A DNA stretch of 64,000 nt from the human T2T-CHM13v2.0 reference genome, Homo sapiens: the NCBI RefSeq assembly GCF_009914755.1, contig NC_060942.1; one strand, 5' to 3'. This document shows, piece after piece, positions 60,429-64,000 of this stretch. The first letter of the stretch is position 1. The number at the start of each line of letters is the position of its first letter. Below the pieces are notes generated by a model. It was given only the letters and a program-made list of their open reading frames with translations, ran no database searches and was not told where the DNA came from. The position numbers and the translations under genes are program-made.

Positions 60429-61997
60429 GCTGGAAGTCCTAGCCACAGCAATCGGACAAGAGAAAGAAATAAAGCACATCCGGATTGGTAAAGAGGAAGT
60501 CACACTGTCACTGTTTGCTGATGACATGATCGTATGCCTAGAAAACACTAAAGACTCATCCAAAAAGCTCCTAGAACTAGTGAATGAATTCAGCAAAGTT
60601 TCAGGATACAAAATTAATGTACACAAATCAGTAGCCCTGCTGTATACCAAACAGTGACCAAGCTGAGAATCAAATCACAAACTCAACCCCTTTTATAAAA
60701 GCTGCAAATAAATAAATAAATAATACTTAGGAATGTACTTAACCAAGGAGGTGAAAGTCCTCTGCAAGGAAAACTACAAAATACTGCTGAAAGAAATCAT
60801 AGATGACACAGACAAATGGAAACACATCCCATGCTCATGGATGGGTAGAATCAATATTATTAAAATGACCATGCTGCCAAAAGTAATCTACAAATTCAAT
60901 ACAATTCTCCTCAGAATACACCATTATTCTTCACAGAACTAGAAAAAAAAAATCCTAAAATTCATATGGAACCAAAAAAGAGCTCGCATAGCCAAAGCAA
61001 GACTAAGCAAAAAGGACAAATTGCACGGTACTGGTATAAAAACAGGCATATAGACCAATGGAACAGAATAGAGAACCCAGAAATAAAGCCAAATACTTAT
61101 AGTCAACTGATATACAACAACGCAAACAAAAACATAAAGCGAGTAAAGGACACCCTATTCAACAAATGGTGGTGGGTTAATTGGCAAGCCACATGTAGAA
61201 GCCTCATCTCTCACTTTATACAAAAATCAACTCAAGATGGATCAAAGACTTAAGTCTAAGACCTGAAACCATACAAATTCTAGAAGATAACATTGGAAAA
61301 TCTCTTCTAGACATTGGCTTAGGCAAAGACTTCGTGACCAAGAACCCAAAAGCAAATGCAACAAAGACAGATAGATAGACGCGACATAAACTAAAAAGCT
61401 TCTGCACAGCAAAAGAAATAATCAGCAGAGTAAATAGACAACCCACAGAGTGGAAGAAAATCTTCACAACCTATACATCTGACAAAGGACTAATATTCAG
61501 AATCTACAAGGAACACAAGTCATCAAGAAAAAAAAACAAACAGTCCCATGAAAAAGTGGGCTAAGGACATGAATGGACAATTCTGAAAAGAAGGTATACA
61601 AATGGCCAACAAATATATGAAAAAATGTGCAACATCACGAATTATCAGGGAAATGCAAATCAAAACCACAGTGCAATACCATCTTACTCCTGCAAGAATG
61701 GCCATAATCAAAAAATAGTAGATGCTGGTGTGGATGTGGTGATCAGGGAACACTTCTACACTGCTGGTGGGAATGTAAACTAGTACAACCACTATGGAAA
61801 ACAGTGTGGAGATTCCTTAAAGAACTAAAAGTAGAACTACCATTTGATCCAGCAGTCCCACTACTGGGTATCTACCCAGAGGAAAAGTCATTGTGCAAAA
61901 AAGACACTTGCACACACGTTTATAGCAGCACAATTCACGATTGCAAAAATATAAAACCAGCTCAAATGCCCATCAATCAACGAGTAGATAAAGAAAA

Positions 61998-62050
<53 letters not shown>

Positions 62051-62313
62051 CATGGAATACTGCTCAGCCATAAGAAGGAGCAAAATAATGGCATTTAAAA
62101 CAACTTGGATGGAATTGGAGACCATTATTCTAAGTGAAGTAACTCAAGAATAGAAAAGCAAACATCATCTGTTCTCATAAGTGGGAGCTAAGCTATGAAT
62201 ATGCAAAGGCATAAGAATAACACAATGGACTTTGGGGACTTGGGGGAAAGGGTGGGAGGTGGGCGAGGGATGAAAGACTACACACTGGATACAGTGTACA
62301 CTACTCTGGTGAT
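60429..62313 (+). mobile_element. L1PB-type LINE-1: 5'-truncated and disrupted ORF2 RT/C-terminal region plus 3'UTR
   Basis: LFADDMIV-type RT motif (ctgtttgctgatgacatgatc), [27 protein letters not shown]; 3'UTR aaagactacacactggatacagtgtacact. Confidence 0.9.
61998..62051. repeat. Compound (GT)n(AT)n(AC)n microsatellite within the L1
   Basis: Direct reading of the sequence. Confidence 0.9.
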
Positions 62314-63780
62314 GACCTTCTGTAAAGAGGGTCATTGCTCAGGGGAAAAGACCTTACCAGGTCTGTCCCACCTGGGGGAAGGAATTCTTTCACTCCAACC
62401 CCCTCTAGTCTTCCTGTCTCACTAATGGCATGGGATATCATGGGGGGAGCTGAGAAACACTTGTGAAGGGTAGAGTGCAGGGGCACAGACCCATTAAAAA
62501 ACTGAGATTTAATCATAAGATTGTAGCATGCTCCTCCTTCCCCACACCTTGTCTGCACACCATCAGGGCTCAGTGTGATAAACATGAGTTCTCTGTGAAA
62601 GAGCAGCAAGGTGTAGAATCTCTGAGGAAAGCCCAAAGTCAGGGGCATAGGCAAAACCAAGGACATGAGAGGAATTGGCAGCCCCTAACACCTACAGCTG
62701 CAGCAGACATTGAACACAGACCAGCTCCTGGCAAGATGAACATAAAGCCCCACACTAAAGGCTTGTTTACTTCAGCTCCTATTATCTCATACATCATATC
62801 CAGCTTTCAACAGACATTCCAAGATATGCTAAAAGGTGGGAAATAAGCAGTCTGAAGAAACAAAGCAAGCATCATAGCCAGACTCAGGTATGACGCAGAT
62901 TTTTGGAATGACCAGATAGGGAATCTAAAAGAACTGTGATGCACATGTTAAGGGCTGGAATAGAAGAAGTAGACAACTCGCGAAAACGGAGAGATAACTG
63001 TAATCAGAGATGGAAACCCAAAGAATCAAAAGGCAATGCGAGAAACCAAAATGATGGTAACAGAAATGAAGAATGTCCTTGAAGGGCTTATTTGTAGACA
63101 GATGTGGCCAAGGAGCGAATCAGTGAGCCCAAAGACAGGCTAGTGAAAAGTTCCCAAACTAAGAAGCAAGAAGAGTCAAAATGGAAAAATAAAAAGAACA
63201 AAACATCCAGAACTGTGGGACAATTTCAGAAGATAAAAATATGTGGCCGGGCACGGTGGCTCATGCCTATAATCTCAGCACTTTGGGAGTTCAAGGTGGG
63301 CAGATTGCTTGAGCCCACGAGATCAAGACCAGCCTGGGCAGCGTGGTGAAACCCCATCTCTACTAAAAATACAAAAATTAGCCAGGTGAAGTGGCGCACA
63401 CCTGTAATCCCAGCTACTCTGGAGGCTGAAGCAGGAGAATCACTTGAACCCGGAAGGCAGAGCTTTCAGTGAGCCGAGATCATGCCACTGCATTCCACCT
63501 GGGCAACAGAGGTGTTGTCTCAAGAAAAAAAAAAGATACAACTATGTATAATGGGGATACCTGGAGGAGAAGAAAGAATAGAGCAGAGTAATTTGAAGTA
63601 ATAAGTCTGAGATCTTTCCAAGACACTAGACCACAAATCCATGAAGCTCAGAGGACACCAAGCTGGTTAAATGCCATAAAATGTACACCCTGGTGTATAA
63701 TATTCAAACTACAAAAACACTGAAGGCAAAGAGAGAATCTTGAAAAGAGCCAGAGAAAATAAAAGCATTGGCCTGGGAAA
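62314..63780 (+). mobile_element. Old L1M 5'/ORF1 region interrupted by an Alu
   Basis: gcaagcatcatagccagactcaggtatgacgcagattttt, cagaaatgaagaatgtccttga, gaagctcagaggacaccaagc. Confidence 0.75.
63245..63535 (+). mobile_element. Alu; TSD aagata.aa.tatgt
   Basis: Full Alu. Confidence 0.92.
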
Positions 63781-63912
63781 GGCACACGCATGACACTTCC
63801 TGTCACAGTGAATTACCCAGACCCCACACATGAGGCCACCCTCACGAGAGGTGGGGCTTAGGTGTGTCGTTACAGATGTTGATGAACAGGAGGAATAGGG
63901 TACAAGGAAATA

Positions 63913-64000
63913 CAGTTGACCAATGAGCAGCAGAGGGGTTAGAAGTGCTGACCCCTGTGCAGTCAACAATCCACGCATAAGTTTTGACTCTCCCCAAATT
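63913..64000. mobile_element. Start of a Tigger2-family element running off the window
   Basis: TA|cagttgacc...ggggttag...ctgacccc..gcagtc..aatccacgcataa.ttttgactc. Confidence 0.7.

Noticed and set aside
61998-62051. Self-complementary (GT)n(AT)n(AC)n hairpin or cruciform
   Set aside because: A common microsatellite expansion at this L1 position and not distinctive.
60396-62094. ORFs resembling reverse transcriptase / L1 ORF2
   Set aside because: Frameshifted, truncated fragments of a dead L1PB, not an active element or a new RT system.

Overview
Primate (almost certainly human) genomic DNA that lies entirely inside one + strand gene, the P4-ATPase/phospholipid flippase ATP9B (18q23 from recall). 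Four GT-AG coding exons were found by eye (3988-4082, 20358-20438, 37169-37244, 44194-44270). They splice in frame to (G)[31 protein letters not shown]|[27 protein letters not shown]|[25 protein letters not shown](G)|[25 protein letters not shown], which includes the actuator-domain DGET motif. None of them appears in the supplied ORF track. The rest is intron: about 20 Alus, old L1/L2/MIR fragments, Tigger DNA transposons, LTR remnants and several GC-rich minisatellites. The largest is a 3.1 kb array of 95 x 33-bp units, which produces the three ~1,050-aa ORFs. I see no new protein-coding system. The best leads are the 33-bp VNTR, inverted Alus that could circularise a phase-0 stop-free exon pair, and a candidate poison exon at ~39.9 kb. 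Repeat subfamily calls come from remembered consensus sequences, and their boundaries are approximate.
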